Notes: generated by a model from the letters alone, not told the origin. A stretch of 64,000 bases of DNA from a virus (IMGVR_UViG_3300026473_000011:1-64000), one strand, 5' to 3'. Shown: positions 10,182-20,668, numbered from the stretch's first letter. A program made the numbers and translations.

Positions 10182-10231
10182 CAGAATCTAACATTGTTAA
10201 TGTTAAAAGTCAAACTCTATGTTAGATTCTG
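10182..10231 (-). promoter_or_regulatory. Sigma70 promoter bracketed by a 13-bp inverted repeat
   Basis: TTGACT-N17-TAGATT on the minus strand (10213-10185); IR CAGAATCTAACAT / ATGTTAGATTCTG. Confidence 0.7.
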
Positions 10232-10234
10232 CTC

Positions 10235-11209
10235 TCAAAGGCTTGACGGCTCCGCCCAGACCAGCCGATACAGCCCCAGCCTGCGCTGCCGACTGACCAG
10301 TTGTTCATACGCATGCAATGGCCCCTCGTAGGCGGGATCGCCTCGGTTTGCCGCCTTCAGCTTGAACACGTCCATGGGCTTTTCGCTATCGAGTCCTGCC
10401 GCTCGCATGATGAATTCCGACGATTGAGCCCGATCACGGTGCGCCCACAGGGCTTCAAACACCCGGGTCTGGGCATCGGTCAAACGAATGGGGCCGTGCG
10501 GCCAGTCCTCCAGGTGCACCCAGGCGAAGTCTTCACTGAACGGCCCATGGACAGTCACGCTCGGGATGCCATCTTGCAGGGCATCGGCTTTTTCACCCCG
10601 GTCCGGATCGAGCAATCGCAATGCCAAACCGTGCAAGGCAAACCGGTCCTCGAGCTGCCACCAAGTAGCCATCCCCGCCAGAGGGTCCAATGGTTGTCGC
10701 ACCAACGGCCGTGGCGTGATGACCCAGCTTTGGCTGCGTGGCTCAGGTCCATGAAAAATCCGCAGCCCATGACGCTCGACCAGATCGATGCGGCGAGCCA
10801 GCACCACCGGCCGCTTCTTGTACCGACCAATGTCCCACACACCATCGACGATGTGGGCGGTGCTTGCTTGTGGCGAGATGTCCAGTGCGCCACGCAGCTT
10901 TCGGATCAGCCATTCATCGTCCAGGCGCCAATTGCGCTGACTGGCTGGATCCAGGGCAAACGGACCACAGTCCGGGCACTGCACCATGAGCCCATCGTCC
11001 GTCCTGAAGATCGGTCCACGGTAAAGGCCACAGAAAGCGCAAAGTGCATCCTGGCTGTTGACCACACCGGGTACAACGGCCTTCACCTGTTTGAGAACCT
11101 GTAGAGCCGCAATTTCTTCATCGTGCAGGCTGCTCTCAAAGGATGCACTGCCTCGCACGAACATCAAAGCGGCCAAGCTGATGGCTTGCTGATTGAGGGT
11201 CAACTCCAT
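10235..11209 (-). CDS. Hypothetical protein with Zn-ribbon and C-terminal wHTH-like region
   Basis: CAFC...CPDC; 324 aa; GAGG RBS. Confidence 0.7.
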   Translation of the reverse strand: MELTLNQQAISLAALMFVRGSASFESSLHDEEIAALQVLKQVKAVVPGVVNSQDALCAFCGLYRGPIFRTDDGLMVQCPDCGPFALDPASQRNWRLDDEWLIRKLRGALDISPQASTAHIVDGVWDIGRYKKRPVVLARRIDLVERHGLRIFHGPEPRSQSWVITPRPLVRQPLDPLAGMATWWQLEDRFALHGLALRLLDPDRGEKADALQDGIPSVTVHGPFSEDFAWVHLEDWPHGPIRLTDAQTRVFEALWAHRDRAQSSEFIMRAAGLDSEKPMDVFKLKAANRGDPAYEGPLHAYEQLVSRQRRLGLYRLVWAEPSSL

Positions 11210-11216
11210 TCACACC

Positions 11217-12458
11217 TCACTCGAACAAGTTGCCGTCCATGGTCGCAGGCTCCTCCTGCTCTCGTGCTGTCTTGAGGACCTGCTGCGCCTTCAAGATGCC
11301 CAACTGGACCAGATAGCCCTCAAGTTGGGAACGCAGCTTCTCATCGAACTTGTGCAGGTTCAGTCGCCCCTTGCTGGTGATCTCCACACTGACCACCTGG
11401 CAGCGGCTTTTACCCCGCATCGGCGCCAGATAGAAGTTGAGAACAGCAGCTTGGATCGTCCAGCCACGAGCGAGCGGATTCTCAGCAACGAAGTAGTCCT
11501 GCAGCAGCTCCGTCACGCAGCGTTGATCGCTGGACGCACTGGCCGTACATTCCATCTTGAGTCGTCCGCATCCACTGACCACGGTCACGCTTTTGACCTG
11601 CAATCCGACGAATCCGTCATCAATCGCCTGCGGAATGTTCAACCCCAAGCGCAACGTGGACAAGTTCAGGCGCGGCGTCTGGATCCGCTGTGCATCGGCA
11701 TCCACACCAAGCAGGTGCTTGGCGAAGGCCTCACACAACATGGCGTGGTACTTGGCCCCGCCACGGATGATGGTGCGAGCGACTCCGGTGGCCTGTGCGT
11801 ATTCCAGCACCATGTGGATGTTCGGGCTGCCCACCCTACGCTGCAGCTGACTGCCCTCGAATTCCAGTTTGGCCGTGGCCAGGTCCTTGGCGTGGATGGA
11901 GACCAGCTGCGTACCGCGCGCCCGGTCCAACACATTGACCACGCAAACCTCGCCACAACCCAACTCCCGCTGATAAAAGCCTTTGATGGCATCACCGAAT
12001 GAAGCGATCGACTCCTCGTCACGCTTGATGGTTCCCTTGAGCCCCAGGTCATGCTGCTGAGCTTGTTGACCGTGGTGGTCCAGGTATTCGATCTCGGCCG
12101 CCGCCTCAAACAGTGCCGGGTGATGGACGTACAGCCAGAAGGCCCGGTGCAGGTCGTTCTTGCAAGCGATGAGTCCCATCAATTCGGTTGGTCGGTCATG
12201 CGCAGCCTGAAACATGGCCTGCTTGCCCAAGGGATGGGCCAGCAGCGTGCTGGCGTGCAGTCCAGCCACGATGCGGTCGCGCATAGCGGCATTCGGATGC
12301 AGCTGAATCAAGCCAACCAGGCTCTTGGAGGCTTGGATCGAGTCATGCCAGATCCACCCCTCGGGCATAGGCAATGTGTGGCGTTCGATGAAGGTTTTGA
12401 GGGTGTCGTCGACAGGCAGGTTCAGCAAGATGTCGGCGTAGGTCTGAGTGCGGCTCAT
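11217..12458 (-). CDS. Hypothetical protein (413 aa) divergent from the recombinase
   Basis: Long ORF with AAGGAG RBS, 7 bp from the next gene. Confidence 0.75.
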   Translation of the reverse strand: MSRTQTYADILLNLPVDDTLKTFIERHTLPMPEGWIWHDSIQASKSLVGLIQLHPNAAMRDRIVAGLHASTLLAHPLGKQAMFQAAHDRPTELMGLIACKNDLHRAFWLYVHHPALFEAAAEIEYLDHHGQQAQQHDLGLKGTIKRDEESIASFGDAIKGFYQRELGCGEVCVVNVLDRARGTQLVSIHAKDLATAKLEFEGSQLQRRVGSPNIHMVLEYAQATGVARTIIRGGAKYHAMLCEAFAKHLLGVDADAQRIQTPRLNLSTLRLGLNIPQAIDDGFVGLQVKSVTVVSGCGRLKMECTASASSDQRCVTELLQDYFVAENPLARGWTIQAAVLNFYLAPMRGKSRCQVVSVEITSKGRLNLHKFDEKLRSQLEGYLVQLGILKAQQVLKTAREQEEPATMDGNLFE

Positions 12459-12750
12459 TCGTTATCTCCTTTGTTGTTGTTTGTTTTGGCAATGAGGCGT
12501 CTCAACCCCCTAATCTGAAGACCTGGGGCTTGGGATGAGTTTTGCCGGATTGCTGGATAAATATACAGCTTTTTACAGCTTTGTCAAAACCGCTTATCCA
12601 AGCCGCTTGGCTGTTGGCCTTGTCTCAAAAAATCCAGGATTTATGCGGATTTCCAGCTCGTGTCCCTCAATGGCCCGCCAAAACACGTTACCTCTGGAGG
12701 GGCTCGCTCATACGATTTATGGACGGTTTTTTCACCAAATTCCCCCCCCC

Positions 12751-12990
12751 ATGACAGATCACCTGAACCCCTCCACAAGCCACCTCGGCAAACGCTCTGA
12801 AAAGAGCGGTTTTCTCTCCCTGTCGCAGATCAGTGAACTGATGGCGCAAGGCGCTGTCAGTCAACACCAGATGCTGAGTGAAGCCCACAGCAGTCAGGTT
12901 TACGCCACTGATCTCGATGAGTTCGTGGACTTCCATGCTTGGCAGAGCGTGAATGTGAACCCGTCTACACAACAAGGAGTTCAAGCATGA
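12751..12990 (+). CDS. Small hypothetical protein
   Basis: Stop overlaps the next start (ATGA). Confidence 0.4.
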   Translation: MTDHLNPSTSHLGKRSEKSGFLSLSQISELMAQGAVSQHQMLSEAHSSQVYATDLDEFVDFHAWQSVNVNPSTQQGVQA

Positions 12991-13469
12991 AGCAGCGATC
13001 CATCACCCCACGCGAACAGCGCAGCCTCGACCAACTCAATGCCATCCAGCGCAAGGTCGCAGCCCTTGACGACTTGAAGATGCCCGAGCTCTGGAAAGTC
13101 TGGGATGTGCACTTTCCGCGCCGCCCGGTTCACCCCAACCGCAAGTTCTTGACATCTCGTCTGTCTCACCGATTTCAAGAACTGGTCTTTGGCACCCTGC
13201 CACAGTCCACCCGGGAAAGGCTGGCCGACTATGGCCAGCAACTCTCCAAGATCAAAAGTAAAACCCCACTCAAAGCGGTGGCCATGCCCGGCGCAACACT
13301 GGTGCGGGAATTCGACGGCAAGGAATACAGGGTTCAAGTGCTGGCCGACGGTCGCTACGAATACAACCGGCAGATTTACGGCAGCTTGTCGGCGATCGCC
13401 AAGACCATCACCGGCACACAGTGGTCCGGACCTGCCTTTTTCGGCCTCAAAGCCAAGGGGGAAGCATGA
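12987..13469 (+). CDS. DUF2924-like protein (recombinase-associated)
   Basis: PGATLVREFDG...SLSAIAKTITGTQWSGPAFFGL. Confidence 0.88.
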   Translation: MKQRSITPREQRSLDQLNAIQRKVAALDDLKMPELWKVWDVHFPRRPVHPNRKFLTSRLSHRFQELVFGTLPQSTRERLADYGQQLSKIKSKTPLKAVAMPGATLVREFDGKEYRVQVLADGRYEYNRQIYGSLSAIAKTITGTQWSGPAFFGLKAKGEA

Positions 13470-14809
13470 GCATGCTGACGCCCAAACGCTGCGCGGTCTA
13501 TTGCCGTGTTTCCTCTGACGAGCGACTGGACCAATCGTTCAACTCCATCGATGCACAACGCGAATCGGGCTTGTCCTATGTCCTCAGTCAGCGAAACGAG
13601 GGCTGGGTCCCTGTGCAAGACACCTACGAGGATCCGGGCTACTCGGGCGGGAACATGGAGCGCCCAGGTCTCAAGCGCTTGATGGCTGACATCAAGGCAG
13701 GCAAGGTGGACATGGTGGTGGTCTACAAAATCGACCGCCTCTCCCGCTCCCTGGCTGACTTCGCCAAGATGGTCGAAGTTTTTGACAAGCACCAGGTCAG
13801 CTTCAGCTCGGTGACCCAGCAGATCAACTCGGCCACATCAACCGGGCGACTGATGCTCAACATGTTGCTGTCATTTGCTCAGTTCGAACGTGAAGTGACC
13901 GGCGAGCGCATCCGCGACAAGATTGCCGCCTCCAAGCGCAAGGGGTTGTGGATGGGTGGCGTAGTGCCGCTGGGCTATCGGGTTGAAGACCGTCAACTGC
14001 TGATTGATCCTCAAGAGTCAGAAACCGTGAACTGGATCTTTGACGCATATGTCAGCACAGGCTCCACCACGCTCATGATCCAACAAATGAAGGAACAAAA
14101 CCGCTTGACGAAATCAGGTCGGCATTTCTGCAAACAATCACTCCACAAGGTCCTGAAAAACCGGGTGTACCTCGGGATGATTTCGCACAAGGGGCAGTTC
14201 TACGCTGGGGCCCACCAGCCCTTGATTGACCAGGCCAAATGGGACTGCGTGCAAGAGATGATGGCACGCACCAGCGAGGCCAAGAACCAGGCCACCTGGG
14301 CAATGAAGGCGCGCACCGAGTTCCTATTGCGTGGTCTGATTTACAGCTCCGGCGGTGACCTGTACTTGCCAATGGCGACACAAAAAAAGTCAGGCAAGGT
14401 CTATCGATACTACGTGCACAACAAGAAGATGCACGAAGGTGCCAGCCAGAGCAGCATCCCGAACCAACCGGCTGAACCCCTCGAGCAAGAGGTGACGAAA
14501 CAGGTGCTTGATTTCCTGCGCTCGGGCACGATGCTCACCCAATACTGGCAACGTATCCAGTCCATCAACCCTGGCATTCCAGAACCGCAGGCGGTCGTGC
14601 TCATCTTGCAGCGCACGGCGAAGATTTGGGATAACTACTTTGATCAGGTGAAAAGCCACATCATCCGAAGTCTGGTGGAGCGGGTCACGCTGCATGAGGA
14701 CGATACGGTTGAGGTCAGTTGGCGCACGGATAACTGGATACCGCTACTGGAGACCATGAAGCCCAGAACAACGGGTGCAGAGATGTTGGAACTGGAGATG
14801 CCCGCATGA
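13466..14809 (+). CDS. Large serine recombinase/integrase
   Basis: YCRVSS catalytic Ser, DRLSR, FAQFERE, PLGY. Confidence 0.95.
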   Translation: MSMLTPKRCAVYCRVSSDERLDQSFNSIDAQRESGLSYVLSQRNEGWVPVQDTYEDPGYSGGNMERPGLKRLMADIKAGKVDMVVVYKIDRLSRSLADFAKMVEVFDKHQVSFSSVTQQINSATSTGRLMLNMLLSFAQFEREVTGERIRDKIAASKRKGLWMGGVVPLGYRVEDRQLLIDPQESETVNWIFDAYVSTGSTTLMIQQMKEQNRLTKSGRHFCKQSLHKVLKNRVYLGMISHKGQFYAGAHQPLIDQAKWDCVQEMMARTSEAKNQATWAMKARTEFLLRGLIYSSGGDLYLPMATQKKSGKVYRYYVHNKKMHEGASQSSIPNQPAEPLEQEVTKQVLDFLRSGTMLTQYWQRIQSINPGIPEPQAVVLILQRTAKIWDNYFDQVKSHIIRSLVERVTLHEDDTVEVSWRTDNWIPLLETMKPRTTGAEMLELEMPA

Positions 14810-15240
14810 TGGAAACGGCTGCCAGCAAAGTCATGAGCGACGACAACTTTCGAATCACCACGCGCGTCCCATTCAAACTCAAACGCCGACCGGGTATCAA
14901 AAAAGTTGTGATGGCACCTGAAACGGCCGAAGGTCACTTGAATGGCGAGTGCATGGACAAAAGCAACCAAATTGCCTTGCTCCAAGGGCTCGCTCGAGCA
15001 CACTACTGGCAGCGATTATTGGATTCGGGCGAGGTCCGCAGTGGATCAGAAATTGCCAAGCTGGAGGGACTTGACCCGAGCACAGTCAATGAACTGCTGA
15101 GGCTGACACTCTTGGACCCGTCTTTGGTGATGGAAGTCCTCGAAGGGAGGCAGCCTCAAGAGGTCAGCATGATGTGGTTTACACGGAATGCGCTACCCGA
15201 TTTGTGGCATGAACAGTTGAAGCCAAGGCCAACCACCTGA
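14806..15240 (+). CDS. Recombinase-associated HTH protein
   Basis: LARAHYWQRLLDSG...EIAKLEG...LRLTLLDP; ATGA overlap. Confidence 0.8.
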   Translation: MMETAASKVMSDDNFRITTRVPFKLKRRPGIKKVVMAPETAEGHLNGECMDKSNQIALLQGLARAHYWQRLLDSGEVRSGSEIAKLEGLDPSTVNELLRLTLLDPSLVMEVLEGRQPQEVSMMWFTRNALPDLWHEQLKPRPTT

Positions 15241-15406
15241 AAATGTGTCAGCCCTGCGCTGTCTGCCCATCTGACAATTTGGCGATGACTGCCTTCCGGT
15301 CAGTTTGATTGCATCCCTAAGGAACCATTCATGTGTTTGATAAGCATGGAAGAACCATCAATGCGGTTTAAATAGGTCAACTAATCACCACAACTTGGTC
15401 GACCCA

Positions 15407-15730
15407 TCAGATGCCTTCGAGTTTGCGTAAGAGTGACGGATGTTGACTCCTTGCCTCTTCAACCGCTGCAGATATTGCAGTCAGATTCTCGGATTCGCAA
15501 GCCTTCACGAGCATAAGTATCGTTCCGCGCAGATCATGCACCTCCTCCATCGAAGCCTTCTTTGGCTCAGGAAGGTACTCTCGATTCCAAGAGACGCCGC
15601 GCAGTGCCTCTCGCGCTCGTAGTGAAATCCAATCCAGTCTTTTTGTTTGTTGCCGAGCTGCATTTGCAATCCTCGAAATATGGTCTAGCGCATCGCGCAG
15701 GAGAGCAATTTCTTCATCCGAATTCATCAT
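15407..15730 (-). CDS. Hypothetical protein (107 aa)
   Basis: ORF with GGAG RBS. Confidence 0.55.
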   Translation of the reverse strand: MMNSDEEIALLRDALDHISRIANAARQQTKRLDWISLRAREALRGVSWNREYLPEPKKASMEEVHDLRGTILMLVKACESENLTAISAAVEEARSQHPSLLRKLEGI

Positions 15731-15812
15731 CTGGATCTCCAGGGGCAGTTTAGCTGAGCTTCAGAGTTCGCCTGAAGGATTGGAGCGCAAATCCTCAAAC
15801 CAGCCTGCGACA

Positions 15813-16736
15813 TCATGGAACGTTCAGTACAAACAAGCCCATCCAACCTTGCGGCACTGACTGCACATCTACCGGATTCATTGCCCCCATGAATGCGCCT
15901 GTCCAACCGCTGAAAACTTGCTTGTACATAAACCCGCGACCATCAAATACTTGATTAGTTGTCAGTGTGAGTGTCGTCGAATAGACGTAGGCATCTTCAA
16001 TGGCGTCATTGAAGTACCGCTCGCCATTTCGAGAAGGATCTTCTTTCATTGTTCGCGTGATGAAATTTGCATCGTCGCCAAACTGACCTGGCTTACTCCA
16101 GAAAAATTTCCAATACCCATTTCCATAGCCTACCAAGTAACACCGCGTTGGTTGTGGCAACGGTGCAAACTGAGGAACGACACCAAAATCCGAGATATCA
16201 GAAATCTTTGCTTGCATGTGAATCGCACCCACAAACACCGCACTGATCTCATTTCCATTTTTATGGGTGGCTACTGCTCTGGCTGTGGCTACATCTGCAC
16301 CTTGAACTGTTCTGTTCAGGAACTCAAGAAGATCACTACAGAGCTTCTGATCTGGGTTACCTTTCCCAAGATAGATATCAGGCGTGGGGTACGCCCGCTG
16401 CCCGCGAAAGGAAAGCATCTCGAAAACTTGGATGAATTTATCTTGCTCATCCTCATTTTTAAAGACCAATTCAGACACGCCGCCACCTTGGTCAGACCAC
16501 GTGAAAGCACTTGCATTCTGATATTGGGAAATTTTCTGAAATACTTCACTGATAGCGGATGGAAGCGCAAATCGCAATAAATTTGTATCCCCGGACTTGA
16601 GGCATTGAATTTGCATCAAATCAGCCAGTACTGTGATCAGGAATCCATCATTATTCCTAGAGCTCACTGCCATTTCTTTGGCAGAATTTACTCCAGAGAC
16701 AAATGTTTGCTTTGCTTGCTCTCGTTGTCGTTCCAT
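15813..16736 (-). CDS. Hypothetical protein (307 aa)
   Basis: AGGAG RBS before ATG 16736; no recognised motif. Confidence 0.65.
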   Translation of the reverse strand: MERQREQAKQTFVSGVNSAKEMAVSSRNNDGFLITVLADLMQIQCLKSGDTNLLRFALPSAISEVFQKISQYQNASAFTWSDQGGGVSELVFKNEDEQDKFIQVFEMLSFRGQRAYPTPDIYLGKGNPDQKLCSDLLEFLNRTVQGADVATARAVATHKNGNEISAVFVGAIHMQAKISDISDFGVVPQFAPLPQPTRCYLVGYGNGYWKFFWSKPGQFGDDANFITRTMKEDPSRNGERYFNDAIEDAYVYSTTLTLTTNQVFDGRGFMYKQVFSGWTGAFMGAMNPVDVQSVPQGWMGLFVLNVP

Positions 16737-17006
16737 AGTCACTTCTCCTTCATGCCGGGAAAACATCGTTGAAATATCCAAGGCTAGACCATCGGCCAGG
16801 GGCTGATTTGGGGTTTCTTGCCCTTCTTGCGCGCAGCAGAGATTGTCTGGAGCCGGTTCGCTCGGGGTATGGCCTGCCCGTTTCCCAGTGGAACACACTT
16901 TGAAATGAAAAACCGAGCAGCTTGTTGGCCGACAATTCTTTTGAGACGTCCCGAGCATCACCCGATGGGACATTCCACTGAGTGATGTGTGACTTCAGAC
17001 TTAGGA

Positions 17007-17300
17007 TCACCGTCTAGGAGCTGTTTCATCCCGAATTTCAGTGATCTGCACCGATTCGTCGTAATCAAAGTCGTCTGAATTGGCCCCCTCTGTCCAGTAC
17101 TCCCTTGCGTCAAATGGAACCCCGTCGAGATAGACATTCATGATGGTGTGTCGATACATACGAGCCGACATTTTTACCTTTTCCATTTGCGTATAGGCAT
17201 CGTACTCGTCGTCTGCTTCAACTATGAATTTCCAAGCCTCATTTCGTCCAAGTGGAATGTCGTTGTTGGTTTTATTGTGGATGACGTAACTCAGGATCAT
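17007..17300 (-). CDS. Hypothetical acidic protein (97 aa)
   Basis: Starts 10 bp after the upstream stop. Confidence 0.55.
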   Translation of the reverse strand: MILSYVIHNKTNNDIPLGRNEAWKFIVEADDEYDAYTQMEKVKMSARMYRHTIMNVYLDGVPFDAREYWTEGANSDDFDYDESVQITEIRDETAPRR

Positions 17301-17310
17301 TTTTAATCTT

Positions 17311-18285
17311 TCATTTGGTTTCGTATATATTTCTGAAGTAACCTTGCCTTGACCACTTACCTGGACTTCCCATTGGGTCCCAGCAGGTTGTCCGAACGCG
17401 CGACCCCACAAGCTCTTTGGCTTTTTTGGTCACTGCCCCATCCCTGTCAAAGGTTGCAGTTTTCATGTGGCGACGAGTTCCATCAGCGAGGACCAGAACC
17501 GTGCAAAACGACCCTCGAATCATTACGCGCTCATTCACCTCGATCAATGTATCGGGTGCAGAAAGCGTGGCCACACTGCTGTCTTGTTTGGCAGCGGCTA
17601 CCTCGATTTGGTACCGCGCTTCACCCTCTTTGATCCGGGCTTCGAGTTGATCGATCTTCGTTTGTTGCTTAGATCGCTCGACTTCCAATCCCTCGACTGC
17701 GCTGATGGCTTCTTTGGCTACCTTTTCCATCCGATCAGCTTTATTGCGGGCCAACTCGGCCTCCTCCCTGGCCATTTCCAAGTTCTTAATAAGTCGAACG
17801 GTATCAGCACGAGCTTGGGCGGCAACGCTTTCAAAACGCGCAATGTCCTTGCGAGCAATGCTCGAACTCATGTATTTCAAAAGACCGGCCGAGTCAGCCA
17901 AACGTCCCTGCACATAGAGAGGATGCATTTCCAGGAGGTGCTCAACAGTTAGGAACCCATCCTTCCGGAGTGCTGTCATTGTGTTTGATAGACCCCACTC
18001 AGTATCCCTGTTTCCTCTCCAAACGGTAACAAGAACTGGAGTCATGTCTTGTGGGTTATGAGCCAGGACGAAATGTCCTTGATACTCTTCTGAATTTTCA
18101 TTTCTTGGATCTCGAAACTTAGCATCCACATGAAATCGATCGGGGTACCCAGGGTCGCCCCCCAAATCCTTAATGATCTCCAGTTCCAGCGTCTGATTAG
18201 CATCAAAATGCATGCCAAAGCGAAGCGGCAGTGAATCAAAATTTGCGTGACTACTTCTGATCACGCGGACTGTAATGGTGCGCAT
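17311..18285 (-). CDS. Unknown protein with a central coiled coil; paralogue of 20791-21840
   Basis: Shared motifs DSLPLR.GMHF, PVLVTVWR, TRRHMKT, CWDP...PGKWS.QGYFRN. Confidence 0.8.
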   Translation of the reverse strand: MRTITVRVIRSSHANFDSLPLRFGMHFDANQTLELEIIKDLGGDPGYPDRFHVDAKFRDPRNENSEEYQGHFVLAHNPQDMTPVLVTVWRGNRDTEWGLSNTMTALRKDGFLTVEHLLEMHPLYVQGRLADSAGLLKYMSSSIARKDIARFESVAAQARADTVRLIKNLEMAREEAELARNKADRMEKVAKEAISAVEGLEVERSKQQTKIDQLEARIKEGEARYQIEVAAAKQDSSVATLSAPDTLIEVNERVMIRGSFCTVLVLADGTRRHMKTATFDRDGAVTKKAKELVGSRVRTTCWDPMGSPGKWSRQGYFRNIYETK

Positions 18286-18327
18286 GTTTTCCTCTTGCCT
18301 TTCTATTGATTAAGTGCCTCTCACTGC

Positions 18328-18990
18328 TCAATGGGCCTGAGGAGCAGGGACTACGGGTTGCTCGTGATGCCGCCATGCCCTTCCTCTCCAAGCTGGATCT
18401 CGCCAGGCAGCAGGATGCATGCGTTTGATAGTTTGAAGCCCCGGAATCACCTGCTGAATGGCCACTTCAACCAGCGATCGGAGGGGAGGATTGATTTCAA
18501 AATCATTGCCTTTGGTACAGCAATTCATCACCTGGTCACCAGATCTGAACGTGGCTTGGAGCCGATCCTGGAAATTTTCTTTCCCTCCTTGTGCCCAAAC
18601 AGCTCGAAAGATTCGGTCGCGATATACCGCTGTGCTACTGCCCAATGAGCATTGATATTGAATGGCGTTCAGCAGAATCAAGCCATACTCGCCTAACCTT
18701 GTTGGGTCAAATGCATCCGGCAAGTACTTACGAATCATTTCACCCGTAAACCCTTTCGCGGGGCCGGGTGCATCAACAAACTCGTCGTTATGAGGTGACT
18801 CCAGCACAAGGATTAGGCAAGGACCTACTGCCCTTTGTCCGACTGGGCACCTCAATGGAAACAAAGATTGACCAATGATTTCGGCCAAAGTACCTACGTA
18901 CTGATCAGGGCAGGCTCTTTGTTCAAACGGACGGCCTTGCAAAGCCACTGCGCCATCCACGATCCGCTCAAATTCGACAGCTTTTACCAT
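18328..18990 (-). CDS. Uracil-DNA glycosylase-superfamily-like protein
   Basis: ILVLESPH (motif A-like), LLNAIQYQC, MHPAAW (motif B-like). Confidence 0.55.
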   Translation of the reverse strand: MVKAVEFERIVDGAVALQGRPFEQRACPDQYVGTLAEIIGQSLFPLRCPVGQRAVGPCLILVLESPHNDEFVDAPGPAKGFTGEMIRKYLPDAFDPTRLGEYGLILLNAIQYQCSLGSSTAVYRDRIFRAVWAQGGKENFQDRLQATFRSGDQVMNCCTKGNDFEINPPLRSLVEVAIQQVIPGLQTIKRMHPAAWRDPAWRGRAWRHHEQPVVPAPQAH

Positions 18991-19022
18991 TTCGCACTCC
19001 TAAGTCTTGTTGCTCTAGAAGT

Positions 19023-19136
19023 TGCGAGATCCGTGCCAACGAGGAATTTAAATTAAACCCTTACGAATCAATAGGTTACGAGAGTTTTTCCAGAATTTGA
19101 ACGTAAATTTATTTACTTTAATGTAAATTTTTTATG
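19023..19136 (-). promoter_or_regulatory. Sigma54 promoter with IHF site and upstream activator sites
   Basis: TGGCACGGATCTCGCA (GG-N10-GC, 19038-19023); AATCAATAGGTTA matches WATCAANNNNTTR (19066-19078); palindrome GTAAAT-TT-ATTTAC (19103-19116) with an imperfect copy at 19123. Confidence 0.8.
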
Positions 19137-19138
19137 AT

Positions 19139-20668
19139 TTAAACGCTTGGACCATCTTCCATTCCCAGCCGCTTCATCCAGTTTGAAAGTGTCTGGTGAT
19201 TGGTGAATCCGAGTAGCTTCGCCGCCCCTGCTTTGCGCCATCCGGTTTTTTGAAGTGTCTGCTTGATGCAGTCGCGGGCAATTTCATCCAGGTAGTCTTG
19301 CAAAGTAAGCCCATCACTAAGAACTGGCCGATGGAATGAATTGGTTTCATTGGAAACAGGCAGTAATGCCGACTGAATATCCTGCCCCGTCAGTTCAGCT
19401 CCTTGGGACCATATCACCGCGCGCAGCAACGTGTGATAGAGCTCACGCACATTGCCAGGCCATGCATAGCTCTGAATCGCCCTCGCGGCTTCTTTGGTCA
19501 GGTGTTTTTGTTGAGCCTCCGGCTTACCGGCTGCATCTGCATTGATATTGCCCAGGAAGTGCTGAGCAAGTAGCATCACATCGCCTGTCCGGCTGCGAAG
19601 CGGTGGCAGCTGAAGAATGCCAACTGCAAGACGGTGAAATAGATCTTCCCTGAATCGACCCGCCGCCACATCAGCGGCCAAATTCCGGTGAGTTGCGGCC
19701 AAAATGCGCGTATTGATTGGGACAGGCTTTGATTGCCCCATGGGTGTAATCTCTTGAGACTGCAAGGCTCGCAGAAGGCGAACTTGTGTATCCAACGGCA
19801 GATCTCCTACCTCATCAAGGAAGAGCGTTCCACCAGATGCCTCCAGAAAACAACCTTTTCTGTCATTGGTGGCACCTGTGAACGCCCCCTTTTTATGACC
19901 AAACAACTCCGAGTTAGCCATCTCTGGAGATATGGCTCCGCAATTCACAGCGATAAAGGGACGATCTGCTCTTGAGCTTGCTGCATGAATCGCCTCTGCG
20001 AACAACTCTTTGCCCGTACCGGTTTCGCCAAGAATCAAGACTGGAACATCGTATGCAGCAATGCGTCGGGCCAGGCTAATCTGATCCGCGACAACCTGAC
20101 TTCGGTGAATAATTTTTTCGAACTCTGGCGCAAGCAACTGAACGGCGCCTGTGAGTCGGTTAACCCGATCGCCGGTGCGCTGCAGGTACTCGGGTAAGAA
20201 GTCGTTAGCAAGATCGAAGGGGAAATCGACCGTCTCGACACCTCTCTCTCTAGATGTCTGGATCAGCTTGGCTGGAAAGCGAGTTTTGGCCAGAATGATC
20301 CAAATGGCCGCCATGGCTGGCGTGCCAGGACTTAGGTGAAAAGTCAGTGAAACGTCATCATGCGGGAGACCAGCTTGACTGAGATTTGAGCTGACCTGGG
20401 TATAAATATCCGAGTAATCAATTGGGCTGACTAGATCGACGCTATATAGATCAATCGCCGAGGCTTGGTACCCAGTGATTGACTCGAGCCAGACGCAGAA
20501 ATTCCGGCTGCGTTCAAAGTCATAGTTGGACAACAGATAGACCCTGTCATACAGGGGTTGGCCGAGCAAGGCTGTGGCAATCGGCCCTAGATCCGCACCT
20601 CTCCTGCTCTCGGCGCACTCGTGATCAGCTGCACCGATCCACGCAACAAGCCAAGACTTTGAGTTCAT
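19139..20668 (-). CDS. Sigma54-dependent activator (bEBP) with an RtcR/CARF-like N-terminus
   Basis: [29 protein letters not shown]-terminal Fis-type HTH; N-terminal [10 protein letters not shown]. Confidence 0.9.
   Translation of the reverse strand: MNSKSWLVAWIGAADHECAESRRGADLGPIATALLGQPLYDRVYLLSNYDFERSRNFCVWLESITGYQASAIDLYSVDLVSPIDYSDIYTQVSSNLSQAGLPHDDVSLTFHLSPGTPAMAAIWIILAKTRFPAKLIQTSRERGVETVDFPFDLANDFLPEYLQRTGDRVNRLTGAVQLLAPEFEKIIHRSQVVADQISLARRIAAYDVPVLILGETGTGKELFAEAIHAASSRADRPFIAVNCGAISPEMANSELFGHKKGAFTGATNDRKGCFLEASGGTLFLDEVGDLPLDTQVRLLRALQSQEITPMGQSKPVPINTRILAATHRNLAADVAAGRFREDLFHRLAVGILQLPPLRSRTGDVMLLAQHFLGNINADAAGKPEAQQKHLTKEAARAIQSYAWPGNVRELYHTLLRAVIWSQGAELTGQDIQSALLPVSNETNSFHRPVLSDGLTLQDYLDEIARDCIKQTLQKTGWRKAGAAKLLGFTNHQTLSNWMKRLGMEDGPSV

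Larger units (their letters stand above)
1..15240. mobile_element. Prophage-like element: early/replication/integration module, continuing beyond the left edge
   Basis: Gene order: recombinase (+), then on the minus strand HTH, SSB-like, P4 primase, HTH regulator, ParB-methylase. The right boundary is uncertain and may lie near 22.2 kb. Confidence 0.8.
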
